Shown here one piece after another: positions 20,347 through 30,457 of a stretch of DNA of 64,000 nt. Within the stretch, counting starts at the first letter, position 1. The number at the start of each line of letters is the position of its first letter. The translations under genes and the position numbers were made by a program. Origin of the DNA: an uncultured Planctomycetia bacterium. Its GTDB lineage: Bacteria; Planctomycetota; Planctomycetia; Pirellulales; PALSA-1355. The DNA is taken from contig CAWECK010000006.1 of NCBI GenBank assembly GCA_963807715.1, positions 27,538 to 91,537 on the forward strand. The letters run 5' to 3'. The notes beneath the pieces are model-generated. The model searched no databases and had not been told where the DNA came from. It saw only the letters and a program-made list of their open reading frames with translations.

Positions 20347-20826
20347 ATGCCCGAACTCATCGCTTACCACGAAGCCGGCCATGCCCTCGTAGCCCTGCTG
20401 CTCGGCGGTGAAGTGCGGCTCGTCACCATCGATCCGGACAACGACGACGGCCCTGACCGCCAAGGCGATACGCAAGTGCTATGGCGGCGATCCGGAATCA
20501 GCGAAACGGAGTTTGCCAACAAGGCCGTGCAAGTCAGCCTGGCCGGACCTGTCGCCGAGATGATCTATTCGGGTGACCCGTATCATCCCGGCTTCGTCGC
20601 CGAGTGGGCTGCCGATTGGCGTGATGCCTGGGAAGCGGCCGCGCCGTTGCATCGGGACGAACGAAAGCGGCTCGAATTTCTGGAGCGAACCTCGATCCAA
20701 CTCTATCACCGGCTCCAGGAGGATAATCTGTGGGCAGCGCTCGCATCCCTGGCCGATCATCTGCTAGCCCACGAGACCCTGGAAGGCGAGCAGGTCGAGG
20801 AGATCGTGGGAGAATGGCTGGAGTGA
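20347..20826 (+). CDS. Stand-alone FtsH-like M41 zinc-metallopeptidase domain protein (no TM, no AAA ATPase domain)
   Basis: IAYHEAGHALVALLLG (HEXXH), ...VSLAGPVAEMIYSGD (cf. FtsH LGGRAAEELIFG), C-terminal HETLEGEQVEEIV like FtsH; only 159 aa. Confidence 0.5.
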   Translation: MPELIAYHEAGHALVALLLGGEVRLVTIDPDNDDGPDRQGDTQVLWRRSGISETEFANKAVQVSLAGPVAEMIYSGDPYHPGFVAEWAADWRDAWEAAAPLHRDERKRLEFLERTSIQLYHRLQEDNLWAALASLADHLLAHETLEGEQVEEIVGEWLE

Positions 20827-20865
20827 ACGATCGAGCCTGCTACGAATCGAAAACCCGAGCCCGAT

Positions 20866-22026
20866 CTAATTATCCAAACCCGTTTGCGATCGAACCGTTG
20901 CAATCGCCGTCAGGACAATGATAAGCAAGCAGTACGTGATCGCGGCTCTCCGGTTTCCATCCTTCTCGGATTTGTCGCCGAAGGCACGACCGGCGCAGAC
21001 TAACGCCATGAGAAACAGTAAGCCATCCTGAGTGTAGAACCATGCGCCGGCCACTGTAGCGGCGGCCAGGCCCTTTTGGAGGCGAGACATCGCATGAAAG
21101 CCTCTGCCTCCGTCGAGAGTGCCGAATGGCACGAGATTAAACAGATTGATCCAGGCACCAACGCCGGCGATTGCGGCAAAGATCGGGCTCTCCGTAACGA
21201 ACCAAAGTCCCAGCGCAACCGCTGCGGCCCCCAGGCCGTAGATAGGTCCGGCAAGGCCGATCTCAGCGTCTTCCTTGGGGTTGACCACCTGCTGTTGCAG
21301 CCGGATCAGGGCCCCCAAGCCCGGGATGAACATCGGCGCTGTCGCCTTGAATCCGTACCGCCGCAGCGCGATGACGTGGCCCATCTCATGGACATAAATC
21401 GACAGCACGATTCCAATCGCAAACTTCCAACCCCAAACCGTCCAGTACACGCCGAGCGAAAGGAGCATCGAGAGAAACGTCGTCCCCTTGGTCAGCCCCA
21501 AGAGCAACGTCTTGAGCTTCCAGAACATTAGACCGATCGCCCCCAGGCCCGTAGCAACTCGCCACGAGGGAGAATTTTTTCCGCCGGGCGGCGCGGCCGT
21601 AGCGATGCCGGAAGGGATGTTCTGGCCCAATTCCGTGATCTTCGCCGAGATCACCTGATGTTGCCTTGATCCGCTGGGCAGAAAAACCAGAGCCTCCCGC
21701 CAGGCTGCCAGGGCTGCCGAAATATCACCCCGATCGGCGGCCTCTCTTGCGGTTTGCGCCAAGGTTGCCAATTGGTCGGCATGAACTAGCCGTGCGCATC
21801 CCGGGCAAGCCAGCATTGTCGGCGCCAGTTGCGTTCCACATTGGGGGCAAGAGTCGATCGGCGGCGATTGAATCGTCAAGGAGCCTCCCTGCCCTGCGAA
21901 CCGCAATTGTCGCGAACCACTAAGGCCACGTCCCTGCTCCAGTCTTACGCCTCGGGAAGAGATCTCATCTGATACGGGCCGCTGATCGGCAGCGGCCTGT
22001 GCGAGTTGATTTTCCACGCCTCCCAC
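20866..22026 (-). CDS. Site-2 protease family (M50) membrane metalloprotease with N-terminal zinc-ribbon
   Basis: CPQCGTQLAPTMLACPGCARL zinc ribbon; YVHEMGHVIALRRYG HEXXH in TM helix; LDGG motif NLVPFGTLDGGRGF; multiple TM helices. Confidence 0.7.
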   Translation of the reverse strand: MGGVENQLAQAAADQRPVSDEISSRGVRLEQGRGLSGSRQLRFAGQGGSLTIQSPPIDSCPQCGTQLAPTMLACPGCARLVHADQLATLAQTAREAADRGDISAALAAWREALVFLPSGSRQHQVISAKITELGQNIPSGIATAAPPGGKNSPSWRVATGLGAIGLMFWKLKTLLLGLTKGTTFLSMLLSLGVYWTVWGWKFAIGIVLSIYVHEMGHVIALRRYGFKATAPMFIPGLGALIRLQQQVVNPKEDAEIGLAGPIYGLGAAAVALGLWFVTESPIFAAIAGVGAWINLFNLVPFGTLDGGRGFHAMSRLQKGLAAATVAGAWFYTQDGLLFLMALVCAGRAFGDKSEKDGNRRAAITYCLLIIVLTAIATVRSQTGLDN

Positions 22027-22757
22027 AAGGCGAAACCGATGATGAGCAACCCAATCAGATTCTGGGCTCCCGCAGCAAGGAAAGGAGCCGCAAGCGAGAC
22101 CGCAAAAACGATCGCTAGAAGAGTCGCCAGGGCGACGATCAACTCGCCCGTTCCGATCTTGGGACGCGCGGCCGGAACCGGGTCGGCCTTCGCACCATCA
22201 TCAGTGCCATTCTCGGCCGACGCCTCGCGAGGTTTAGCGTCGGCCTGCTGCGGAGCAGCAATCTTCGCGTTGGCCTCGCGCGCAGCCTTGAACGCCTGTT
22301 CCAGAATGTCGGGCATGTAATTGGCGGCAATGAAAGAGTACGTGATCGCAACGGCCAGAATCTGGTAACCGAGACCACCTTGGCCGCCGGATCCCTTGCG
22401 CACCGCCTTGCCGACCATCAAGCCAACTAGAATCGCTATCAGACCGATCTCCAGGTGCGCAACCCGACGAATCACGAACCAGATCAGCGCGCCCACCAAT
22501 CCGGCACCGGCCCCCATGAACGTTGCTTTGACAAGCCGGCCAAACCTGCTGCCCGCCACCGGAGCATTTACTTGCTCGCAACACGCCGGGCACAACACTT
22601 TGTCCCCCAAAGCAAAATAAGTCGATACGATTGGCTGGCGGCACAAAACACAATTCTGCTCGGACGTCGCCGCAGAAACGTTTGAGCTGCCAGGTTCCGC
22701 CGTTGCGAACTGCAATTCATCCGTTGAAGCAGGGTTTGGCAATGAAGGCTCCGACAT
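21945..22757 (-). CDS. Membrane protein with N-terminal CxxC...CxxC zinc-ribbon (hypothetical); overlaps start of M50 gene by ~80 nt as annotated
   Basis: Start MSEPSLPNPAS at 22757; CVLCRQPI...CPACCEQV; four predicted TM helices; Lys/Ala-rich linker. Confidence 0.4.
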   Translation of the reverse strand: MSEPSLPNPASTDELQFATAEPGSSNVSAATSEQNCVLCRQPIVSTYFALGDKVLCPACCEQVNAPVAGSRFGRLVKATFMGAGAGLVGALIWFVIRRVAHLEIGLIAILVGLMVGKAVRKGSGGQGGLGYQILAVAITYSFIAANYMPDILEQAFKAAREANAKIAAPQQADAKPREASAENGTDDGAKADPVPAARPKIGTGELIVALATLLAIVFAVSLAAPFLAAGAQNLIGLLIIGFALWEAWKINSHRPLPISGPYQMRSLPEA

Positions 22758-23277
22758 ACGCCGATCCTGTGTAAAACAACGCTGGGTAGATGCGATCGTC
22801 TCGCTAGTTCCCGCCATTACATGCACGACAAACATGAATGTGCCACCAGCATAACCGTTTCTTGACCACCTGACCAGTTTTCGGTTTTGGTCCGCGAAAA
22901 TAGCCGAAATGGCCGAAGAAACCGTCAGCACCAATTACCGTTTCACAGTGACACATGCTACCGGAGCAATCGTTTATATTCAGTGGGGTGCCGAGGCAAC
23001 CGCCAGCACGATTGCCTCGCCATTAGCTTCGCGCGCCGCCTTTTCCTCTTGCAGCTTCAGCCAGCGGGCACGGCGAACCCGGTAGAAGCGGACGGGAAGG
23101 AATAAGTCCACGACCTCGCGGAGATCAGAAGTCCTCCCAGGGAAACAAAGGGGGAAACAACGGGCTGCGTCCACTTTGTTTCGTCCGAGCCATCGTTCGC
23201 CCTCCTTGGCGGACAATAGAATCGGCTCAAGGTGACAAATTTGCACACTTTCTCAAATACCGGTTGTGTGACAAAGC

Positions 23278-25287
23278 CTAGTTAGAGGCGTTGGCTCTCT
23301 TAAGCTTCTGGGCCTGAGATAGGGTCGCTTTGGGATCTTTCAAGGCATCTTCGCGGCAGCCTGCGCAACAGACAAATACCGGCTGTCCTTCGATCATCAC
23401 TTTGACCGGCATGCCCATCGAACCCAGCCGACTGCTCTCGCCGAGCACCGCGCAGAATCGCTGCTGTTCGGCGATCTTGCGGTCTGCCTCGGGAAGTTTG
23501 GCGAGAGCGGCTAGGATCTTTGCATCCTTGCCATCAGACGGCTTCTGGACCGGTTTGGGCTCAGCCGTTTTGTTTCCAGAGGCTGGTTTCCTTTGCTTCA
23601 GGCTTTGGACCTTGGCCAGCGTCTCTTCAGGATGATCCAGAGCGCTCTTCTTGCAGCCGGAGCAGCATAGGAACACGCTCTGACCACCGACCATGATCTT
23701 CACCGGTGCGCCCATCGAGCCCAGCTTGTTGTCCGAAAGGATCGGGCAAAATTGCTGCGCTTCGACGAGCTTGCGGTCTTCTTCCGTCAGTTTCACCAGA
23801 ACGGCCGCCAGCTTGGCCTCTTCGTCGTCGGGGGTCGATGGTCGCACGCTGCTGACACTGGAGCCCGATTTCGCGCTGCCACTGCCGCCAAAGTAAATCG
23901 ATCCGGCGGCCGGGTTCAGCCGGGTCTCGGCGTCCACGAGGAACGAGCCTGATGCGACCACATCGTCCTCGGCGCTGAGTCCTGAGAGAACCGGATACCA
24001 GCTGCCGTTGTGCGGTCCGGCCATCCGCGGCCCGAGTTTCACGAGCACGCCTTCAAACACCCCGGGCGTCGTTTCGCGGTAGACAATGGTCTGGCTTCCC
24101 GTATCGATCACGGAGGTTTCCGGCACCGCCAGGACGCGGCCTTCCGCCAGCATTTCCTTGGCAGTGCCGCCGCCGTCGGCGATGCGTCTGAACATGGGTA
24201 ACTTCTGCGGCGAAATTTTAATCGTCACCGTCGCGGTGCTGCCCGGTCGCAATTTGTGCCCTGGGTTGTCCAACTCGAACCGCACCGAAACCGTGCGGGT
24301 ATCCTGATCGACGTGCGGATAGATAAAAGCTAACTTGCCATAGAAAGGTTCGTCGGCGAAGGCCCGCGTGGTGGCAACCACCGGCAAGCGATCGGCTTCA
24401 CTGACTTGCTGGTGCGATTGCTGATCGCCAGGCAGGAATTCCAGGTCGTCTTCATAGACCTGGGCCTGGATCCAAACGCTGGACAAATCCGCGACGTCGT
24501 ACAGCGGCATGCCTTCCTGCACATACTGCCCCTCGCGGACGTACTTCTTGATCACATGGCCCTCGATTGGCGATCGAATCTTGAGCTCCATGCTAGGCTT
24601 CCCGCGGTGCAGAATCTCGTCGATTTGATCTGAGTCGATGCCCAGCAGTTCCAGCCGCTTGCTCGCGCTGATCAGGTCGACGCCGGCGCCCGGACGCCGG
24701 GAATCCAACAGATTTTGCTCGCTCACCACCAGTTCGGGACTGTATAGCAGTGCCAGGTCATCTCCCTTTTCGACCATCTGCCCAGTCTCGTTGACGTACA
24801 GCTTGTCGATACGTCCGTTGACCCGGGCCGACACCGTCCGCTGGCCGCGCTCGTTGAACTCGACGTAACCGACGGCGTTGATTTCCTTGCTAAGCGGCTG
24901 GTATTCGACCTTGGTCGTTTGCACGCCGGCCAACACAACCCGATACGGTGACAATTGCACTCGGTTCACGACACCGGCCGGCAAGGCCTCTTCGTGCCGA
25001 TCCCCTTTCTTGCGTTTGGATAGCGGCATGAAACAGATCGGGCACTTGTCCTTGGAGTTGTCGCGCACCACCGCGGGATGCATGGGGCAGAACCATTCCA
25101 CATCACGGCCGCCAGAACCAGCCTCGGCCGTCGCGGGCCGGGTCCATTTGTCGTAGTAAGCCGCCAGCAGATCCCACTGCGTGATGACAATGCCGATCAC
25201 GGCCAACACGGCGATGAACCGCAACCGCGCGAGCTTGACCAGGATCACGAAATCAAACCACCACCAGGCTTTCCTCCAGCCGGTCAA
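23278..25287 (-). CDS. CusB-like efflux RND/MFP periplasmic adaptor subunit with N-terminal CxxC metal site and two C-terminal YHS/TRASH-like metal-binding domains
   Basis: 669 aa intact; TM anchor; CPMHP...CPICFMPL; HlyD/biotinyl-lipoyl and beta-barrel regions (RVNGRIDKLYVNETGQMVEKGDDLALLYSPEL, IEGHVIKKYVREGQYVQEGMPLYDV); duplicated C-terminal FCPILSDNKLGSMGAPVKIMVGGQSVFLCCSGCKKSALDHPEE / FCAVLGESSRLGSMGMPVKVMIEGQPVFVCCAGCREDALKDPK. Confidence 0.75.
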   Translation of the reverse strand: MTGWRKAWWWFDFVILVKLARLRFIAVLAVIGIVITQWDLLAAYYDKWTRPATAEAGSGGRDVEWFCPMHPAVVRDNSKDKCPICFMPLSKRKKGDRHEEALPAGVVNRVQLSPYRVVLAGVQTTKVEYQPLSKEINAVGYVEFNERGQRTVSARVNGRIDKLYVNETGQMVEKGDDLALLYSPELVVSEQNLLDSRRPGAGVDLISASKRLELLGIDSDQIDEILHRGKPSMELKIRSPIEGHVIKKYVREGQYVQEGMPLYDVADLSSVWIQAQVYEDDLEFLPGDQQSHQQVSEADRLPVVATTRAFADEPFYGKLAFIYPHVDQDTRTVSVRFELDNPGHKLRPGSTATVTIKISPQKLPMFRRIADGGGTAKEMLAEGRVLAVPETSVIDTGSQTIVYRETTPGVFEGVLVKLGPRMAGPHNGSWYPVLSGLSAEDDVVASGSFLVDAETRLNPAAGSIYFGGSGSAKSGSSVSSVRPSTPDDEEAKLAAVLVKLTEEDRKLVEAQQFCPILSDNKLGSMGAPVKIMVGGQSVFLCCSGCKKSALDHPEETLAKVQSLKQRKPASGNKTAEPKPVQKPSDGKDAKILAALAKLPEADRKIAEQQRFCAVLGESSRLGSMGMPVKVMIEGQPVFVCCAGCREDALKDPKATLSQAQKLKRANASN

Positions 25288-25627
25288 ACCCGGAGGCGCC
25301 GTAACCCGCCTTCGTCATCGGTGCGAAATTCGTCGGACGCGAGATGTTGCGGATTCGGCAATCGGTTCTTGGCGGACACGGTTCAATCTCCTGGAGCGGC
25401 CTGCGTAAGCCGGCTGATCGTAGGTTCGTGGTAATCGCTTCGGTCTAGTCGAGTAACATCGGGTTAATCGATTAACAAAGGGGACAGCCGTGATACTATT
25501 GGCTCAACTTTCGTTGAGCGCTAACCCGCCGATTACCACGGCTGTCCCACAAGTCCTTCACAATTCCAGAATCTCGGGAGGCAACTTCCCTCCGTTCAGC
25601 TTCCCGCGATAACGCACTCTGGCCATA

Positions 25628-26149
25628 TCAATAAGTCTTTGCAGGCAATCCGGCCTTAGTCAGGACGTCGATCAGTTCACCGGTGGTAACGCTCCCCGGA
25701 CTGTTGAATTGCACGGAAAGCGTATGTTGGGCGACAAAGGGCTTCACGCTCGCCACTCCAGGCAGTTTGCTCAGCGCTTCGCGGGCCGTCTCCGCAGCGC
25801 CGTTGTCCTTCAGATCAGGAACGCTGAGAGCTAACCAGCTTCCATACTTCAACCCACCACCCATCATGTGCGGAGTCCCGGCTATGGCCGAGGCAATTTG
25901 CTGCACTGAAACCACCTGTTCATCAAATTCAACCTTCGCACTCTTGGTTGACCAATTGACGCTGGCCGACCGGATTCCCTTTACGCGGCGCAGGGAACCT
26001 TCGACGGTTCCCGTGCATGGCGGACAATGCAAACCAGTAATAGAAAAGGTGGTCTTCGTCGCCAAAGTCGGTTTTGCCGGCTCATCGGCCCGGAGGCCCG
26101 CGACGACGACCGTCAGACAAATCACAGCAAGAACGGAAAATCGAGTCAT
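25628..26149 (-). CDS. Periplasmic heavy-metal-associated (HMA) domain protein, two HMA-like domains
   Basis: Start MTRFSVLAVICLTVVVAGLRA (signal peptide); ITGLHCPPCTGTVEGSLRRVKGIRSASVN (CxxC HMA motif) and second degenerate HMA ALSKLPGVASVKP. Confidence 0.6.
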   Translation of the reverse strand: MTRFSVLAVICLTVVVAGLRADEPAKPTLATKTTFSITGLHCPPCTGTVEGSLRRVKGIRSASVNWSTKSAKVEFDEQVVSVQQIASAIAGTPHMMGGGLKYGSWLALSVPDLKDNGAAETAREALSKLPGVASVKPFVAQHTLSVQFNSPGSVTTGELIDVLTKAGLPAKTY

Positions 26150-26366
26150 AGTAATCTCTCCGATAATCAAGGAACATGCTGACATTTCGGGAGCGGCCGG
26201 TGTAAGCCGGCTGATAGTATGCTCGCACTGATCGCACCCAATGCCAAACGAGACACGTGTTTCCAAGGCATAGTTAACCGGTTGCCGACGCAGCCCTCTA
26301 GGGACTGCGGTCATTCAGCAACACACGCGACAAAGAAGAGTGCGCAGCATCAGGCGCCAAGTCGCG

Positions 26367-26798
26367 TCAGGTTTGAATACGCACGCTTTGCGTTTGCAGA
26401 GTAAGGACCGGCAGGCAGCCGCCTCGGGCGACATTGGATGCACGCAGCAAAGCTGCCGCAGCACAATGGCTGAAAAGTGCATGCACATCGCAAAAGACCG
26501 CGACCACGTGCTTCTGATTTTCGTTCCCCTTGTGGTCCGGAGTCGCCGGCGGAACCGGATGCTGATCGGCCGCCTGGCGACAGCAAGGCATGCCGCAACG
26601 TTTGCCATCGCACATTCCGGCGCAGCAGCAAAAGGAACCCGTTACCCGCGAGGCGGCGACGTTCCTAACGCTGACAGTCGCCCCCGCTAGATTTGGCACG
26701 GTCTTCCCGATCGGAAGCGAAACTGAGCAAGCGCAAACGCCGACCATCAGCAGGCTGGCTGCTAGTGCGTGAACGAAAATGGCTCGCCAAATGTTCAT
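26367..26798 (-). CDS. Cys/His-rich small secreted protein (putative periplasmic metal-binding); 3' end uncertain
   Basis: Signal peptide MNIWRAIFVHALAASLLMVGVCAC (possible lipobox); GSFCCCAGMCDGKRCGMPCC and HVVAVFCDVHALFSHC clusters; adjacent to metal-efflux genes. Confidence 0.35.
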   Translation of the reverse strand: MNIWRAIFVHALAASLLMVGVCACSVSLPIGKTVPNLAGATVSVRNVAASRVTGSFCCCAGMCDGKRCGMPCCRQAADQHPVPPATPDHKGNENQKHVVAVFCDVHALFSHCAAAALLRASNVARGGCLPVLTLQTQSVRIQT

Positions 26799-27304
26799 GC
26801 CGGCTTGATTCCCTATTCAACTCATTACGGCATTGTTGTCGGCAAAGTTCAATAGGCCCAGAGCTATTCTAAGTCAGTTTTCGGGGGGAGACCTGGTGCC
26901 CAAAGCTGCCGGAAGCAGTTGTGCGCAAGGTACATCCGACTCGCAAAGCCTCTCCTGAGAAATGCGTTGTCGCCATCGATTTTAGGGTATTTCGACGCGC
27001 CAAGGAAAGTCCGATATTTCTGGCCGTTCCCCGGAAATGCCCGCTTACTCATTGGAGCTGGTTATGCCGACCCTTGAAGACATACCACTATCTTTCCGGC
27101 GATTTTGGACCGGCTGTTCCGGTTATGCGGTGCATGAGGTGAACATTAAGCGTGATCCGGGCAGACACCGCTGACGTCCATCAAGTCCATGTTAGCTGGA
27201 AGCCGATTTCCACCGATGTTGCGGCATGTCCGCAACTTCGGCAACTTGCTAACCCGCCGATTGCGCAACAACGGACGGTATTTCAAGCGCACGGAGGCGT
27301 CTGA

Positions 27305-28857
27305 ATGGCATTTGCCTATATCCTGCATTGGCGTGCGGGAACTGTCATATTGGTATTCGGCCTGGCCGCAGGTTGTCGTTCCCTTGCACCGCGCCCTGCG
27401 CAAGTTCTAGCGTCGTCAACGAAGCAAAGCGGGCCGACACTGCCGCAGGCCTTAGCCACGACGCCACAGGCAAATCGTTCGCAACTCCCCCCGCGCCTGC
27501 GAGCGATTCGCAACCGCTCCCCGCGGCTGGCCAGCCGATTCAGAACCCGGTCCGTCCCGTAGCGTTTCCGCAGCCGATAACCGGAATGGCGCTCGAACAC
27601 GTCAGCGACGACGGCATGTTCGCCAGGCAACCCGAGTTGACGGTTGATCGGGTGGTCGACCAGGTAATGGCCCGAAATCCATCCATCGACGCAATGGCGT
27701 CGGCCTGGCGAGCGGCGGCCCACCGCTACCCGCAGGTCGTGGCGTTGGACGACCCGATGTTCATGGGCATGCTCGCTCCCGCCTCCCTCGGGTCGAATCT
27801 TGTGGAACCGGCCTACGTGGTTGGCGGCGCCCAAAAACTTCCTTGGTACGGGAAGCGGGCAGCTCGCGGCCGCGTGGCGCAGGCCGAAGCCAGTGCGGCA
27901 TTTCAAGACATGCAACAAACGCGGCTGGAAATTGCGGAGGCCGCCAGACTGGCATTCTACGACTATTTCCTGGTGCGCCGCGAACTCGAACTCAACCGGG
28001 AGAATCGCGACTCCGTGCAGCAGTTTCGTGACACCGCGAAATCGCGGTTCGAATCCAATCTGGTCAGCCAGCAGGACGTGCTTCAGGCAGACGTGGCGAT
28101 CGCCGACGTGGAACGCCGCTTGATCGAGCTAGAGCGGATGCATCGTGTGGCCATCGCGCGACTGAACACGCTCATGCTGCGTCCCCCCGATGCCTATTTA
28201 CCTCCCCCGCCGCCGAAAATTTCCCTCGGCGCGGCACCGGCTCCGCCGGAACTGTTGCGAAACGTGGCGGTGCAGCAACGGCCTGACCTGGCAGCGCTCG
28301 CTGCCAAAATGCGCGCGGAGCAGGCGGCGGTAACCGTGGCCGAGAAAGAGTTCTATCCCGACGTTGAAGTCTATGGTCGCTACGATTCCTTCTGGCAGCC
28401 CGCCGCGACGCAAAGCCAATTGCGTCCGCAAGCCGGCGTGAACATGAACGTGCCCATCTACCGGCAGAAGCGGTACGCCGCCTTGCACGAAGCCCAGTTC
28501 CGTTTCGCTCAGCGCCGCGCCGAATACCAACAGAAGTTCAACGACATTCAATACGAAGTGCAATCCGCCAGCGAGCAGATCCAGCAAGCCTTGCAGACCG
28601 CCAATCTCTATTCGCAAAAGTTCCTGCCGGCCGCCGAGCAGAACGTCAGGGTCGCGCGCACCAGCTACAACGTGGGGCAGATCAACTTCCTCGGTCTGAT
28701 CCAAGCCCAGCAGCAGCTCATCATGCTGCGAGAGAAGCAACAAGAAGCGATCGCGGACTATTACCGCCGGCTCGCCGAGCTGGAAAAAGTCGTCGGCGGC
28801 CCGCTGCCGGTCGCGGCGGCGAAGGAAGACGTTCCCGTGCCGTTGCCGCAACGTTGA
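27305..28857 (+). CDS. TolC-like outer-membrane efflux protein (OMF); probable lipoprotein signal in frame of ORF 27305 then apparent frameshift near 27400 into main ORF 27328..28857
   Basis: MAFAYILHWRAGTVILVFGLAAGC lipobox in one frame; main ORF carries the two TolC repeats (LEIAEAARLAFYDYFLVRRELELNRE ... LRPQAGVNMNVPIYRQKRYAALHEAQ ... TSYNVGQINFLGLIQAQQQLIML). Confidence 0.65.
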
Positions 28858-29167
28858 CGCGCCGAGTGCGACGATGCGTCCGACGACTTTTCCCTCAGCC
28901 AAGTAGTCAAGTAGGGTTCGCTGTGCGGACCAAATGCGGCTTCTCCGCGTATCCTCCGCGTCTCCGCGTTTGCCTCTAATAATCCATAAAGCAACCTCGG
29001 AAGCGCAGAGGCGCGGAGGGGACACGAAGAAGAGCGACAAAAGGGGACCCAGTTCGAGGGCAGTAGGATTGCGCCGCGCCGCGCTTTATACTGGTCTGCC
29101 GAGTCCTCACGGCCGTCCTTGAGCGCCGCTGAAGCCTAGTCCTGACTACCTGCTTAGAGGTGATTCC

Positions 29168-30457
29168 GTGGCAAGCCGCTGGAAGCTATGGATATTGCGC
29201 GTCTGTATAACGGCAATCTGTCTCTGGGCAGTCATCGGTGGTATCGGCAACCAGCAGGGCCGGAAATTGCACGCCGAGGAGCCTCCTGCCGCTCCGCCGG
29301 TGGCAGCGTCGAAAGCAGGTACGTCCGTTGCAAGCGAAGAGGAGGAAGCATCCGCCAAATCCCGACCGGCTGCCGACAAGCCCGTCAAGCTCGAGGATGC
29401 CATCGCCGCGCTTGACTCGCCGTCCCACTTTCAACGCAATTTGCGGGATGTTGTCATCCGCCTGTTGAAAAGCCAGGACTTCAAGCAGCTCGACGCTCTA
29501 GCCGATAAGCTGCGTGCCAACCAGTCCCGGCTCCCTGTCGGTGAATTGAAACTCACGCATTTGCACCATGAACTGAGCAGGACCTTCGAGACGCCTGCTG
29601 AATTCGAAGAACGCATCGCGCTTTACAACGATTGGGTCAAGCAAGCACCAGATTCGATTACCGCTCGGCTAGCGCTCGCCAGCGCCTGGAAGAATTACGG
29701 TTGGCAGGCGCACGGCGGAGGTTATGCCAATACGGTCAGCGAGGATGCGGCCGCGCTATTTCAGGCACGGGTTTTCAAGGCGGCAGAGGTTGTCGAAGCG
29801 GCCAAGAAACTTCCGGTTAAAGATCCAGAGTTGTATGCGATCAGCATCTGGCTGGCGATCGCCCAAGCTTGGCCGGAGAAGAAAGTCGCCCAAATCTGCA
29901 GAGACTCCGCCGAGCTGGATCCCAGCTTTCTGCGGACGTTCGTTGAGGCAACCAACTACTATTTTCCCAAGTGGTACGGAGAGCCGGGCCAGGTGGAGCA
30001 GTTTGCTTTGGATGCCGTCAAGCTGACCGAAAAACGCTGCGGCAAAATGGTCTACATGCAAATCGTCCAAGAGGCCGAACTCAATTACGCCTATGATGCG
30101 TTCGATAGATTCGATTTCTCCTGGCCGCTGGTGCAGCAAGCTTATTCGGATTGGAAGCAGCGATTTTCGGCCGATAAATGGCGGCGGGAGGTCTATTGCC
30201 GATTAGCTTGCCTCGCCCGCGACCGTGACACAGCCCATGCGTTGTTCGAAAAGATCAGCGCACAAGGGGATGCAAACCGTCTGGTTCAGTCAAGACACCT
30301 ATTACTTTTTCAAACGTTGGGCCGAACCGGATTTCGCCCAAGGAGACCAGCAAGACATTATCGAGACCGTTTGCATTCCCCTGTGGGGCGTGGCCTGGCG
30401 GCACCGAGCCCGACTCCCTCATCGTGTCGGAATCCCTGTCCAACGTTTCGCTGCTGA
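29168..30457 (+). CDS. DUF4034 (TPR-like) domain protein; last ~60 codons of ORF are wrong-frame, true sequence continues (YYFFKRWAEPDFAQGDQQDIIETV in ORF 30225 frame) and probably runs into the WD40 ORF
   Basis: TM/signal MASRWKLWILRVCITAICLWAVIGG; DUF4034 region WKNYGWQAHGGGYANTVSEDAAALFQARV... Confidence 0.5.
   Translation: MASRWKLWILRVCITAICLWAVIGGIGNQQGRKLHAEEPPAAPPVAASKAGTSVASEEEEASAKSRPAADKPVKLEDAIAALDSPSHFQRNLRDVVIRLLKSQDFKQLDALADKLRANQSRLPVGELKLTHLHHELSRTFETPAEFEERIALYNDWVKQAPDSITARLALASAWKNYGWQAHGGGYANTVSEDAAALFQARVFKAAEVVEAAKKLPVKDPELYAISIWLAIAQAWPEKKVAQICRDSAELDPSFLRTFVEATNYYFPKWYGEPGQVEQFALDAVKLTEKRCGKMVYMQIVQEAELNYAYDAFDRFDFSWPLVQQAYSDWKQRFSADKWRREVYCRLACLARDRDTAHALFEKISAQGDANRLVQSRHLLLFQTLGRTGFRPRRPARHYRDRLHSPVGRGLAAPSPTPSSCRNPCPTFRC

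Noticed and set aside
28198-29040. 280-aa minus-strand ORF
   Set aside because: Antisense to the TolC-like gene.
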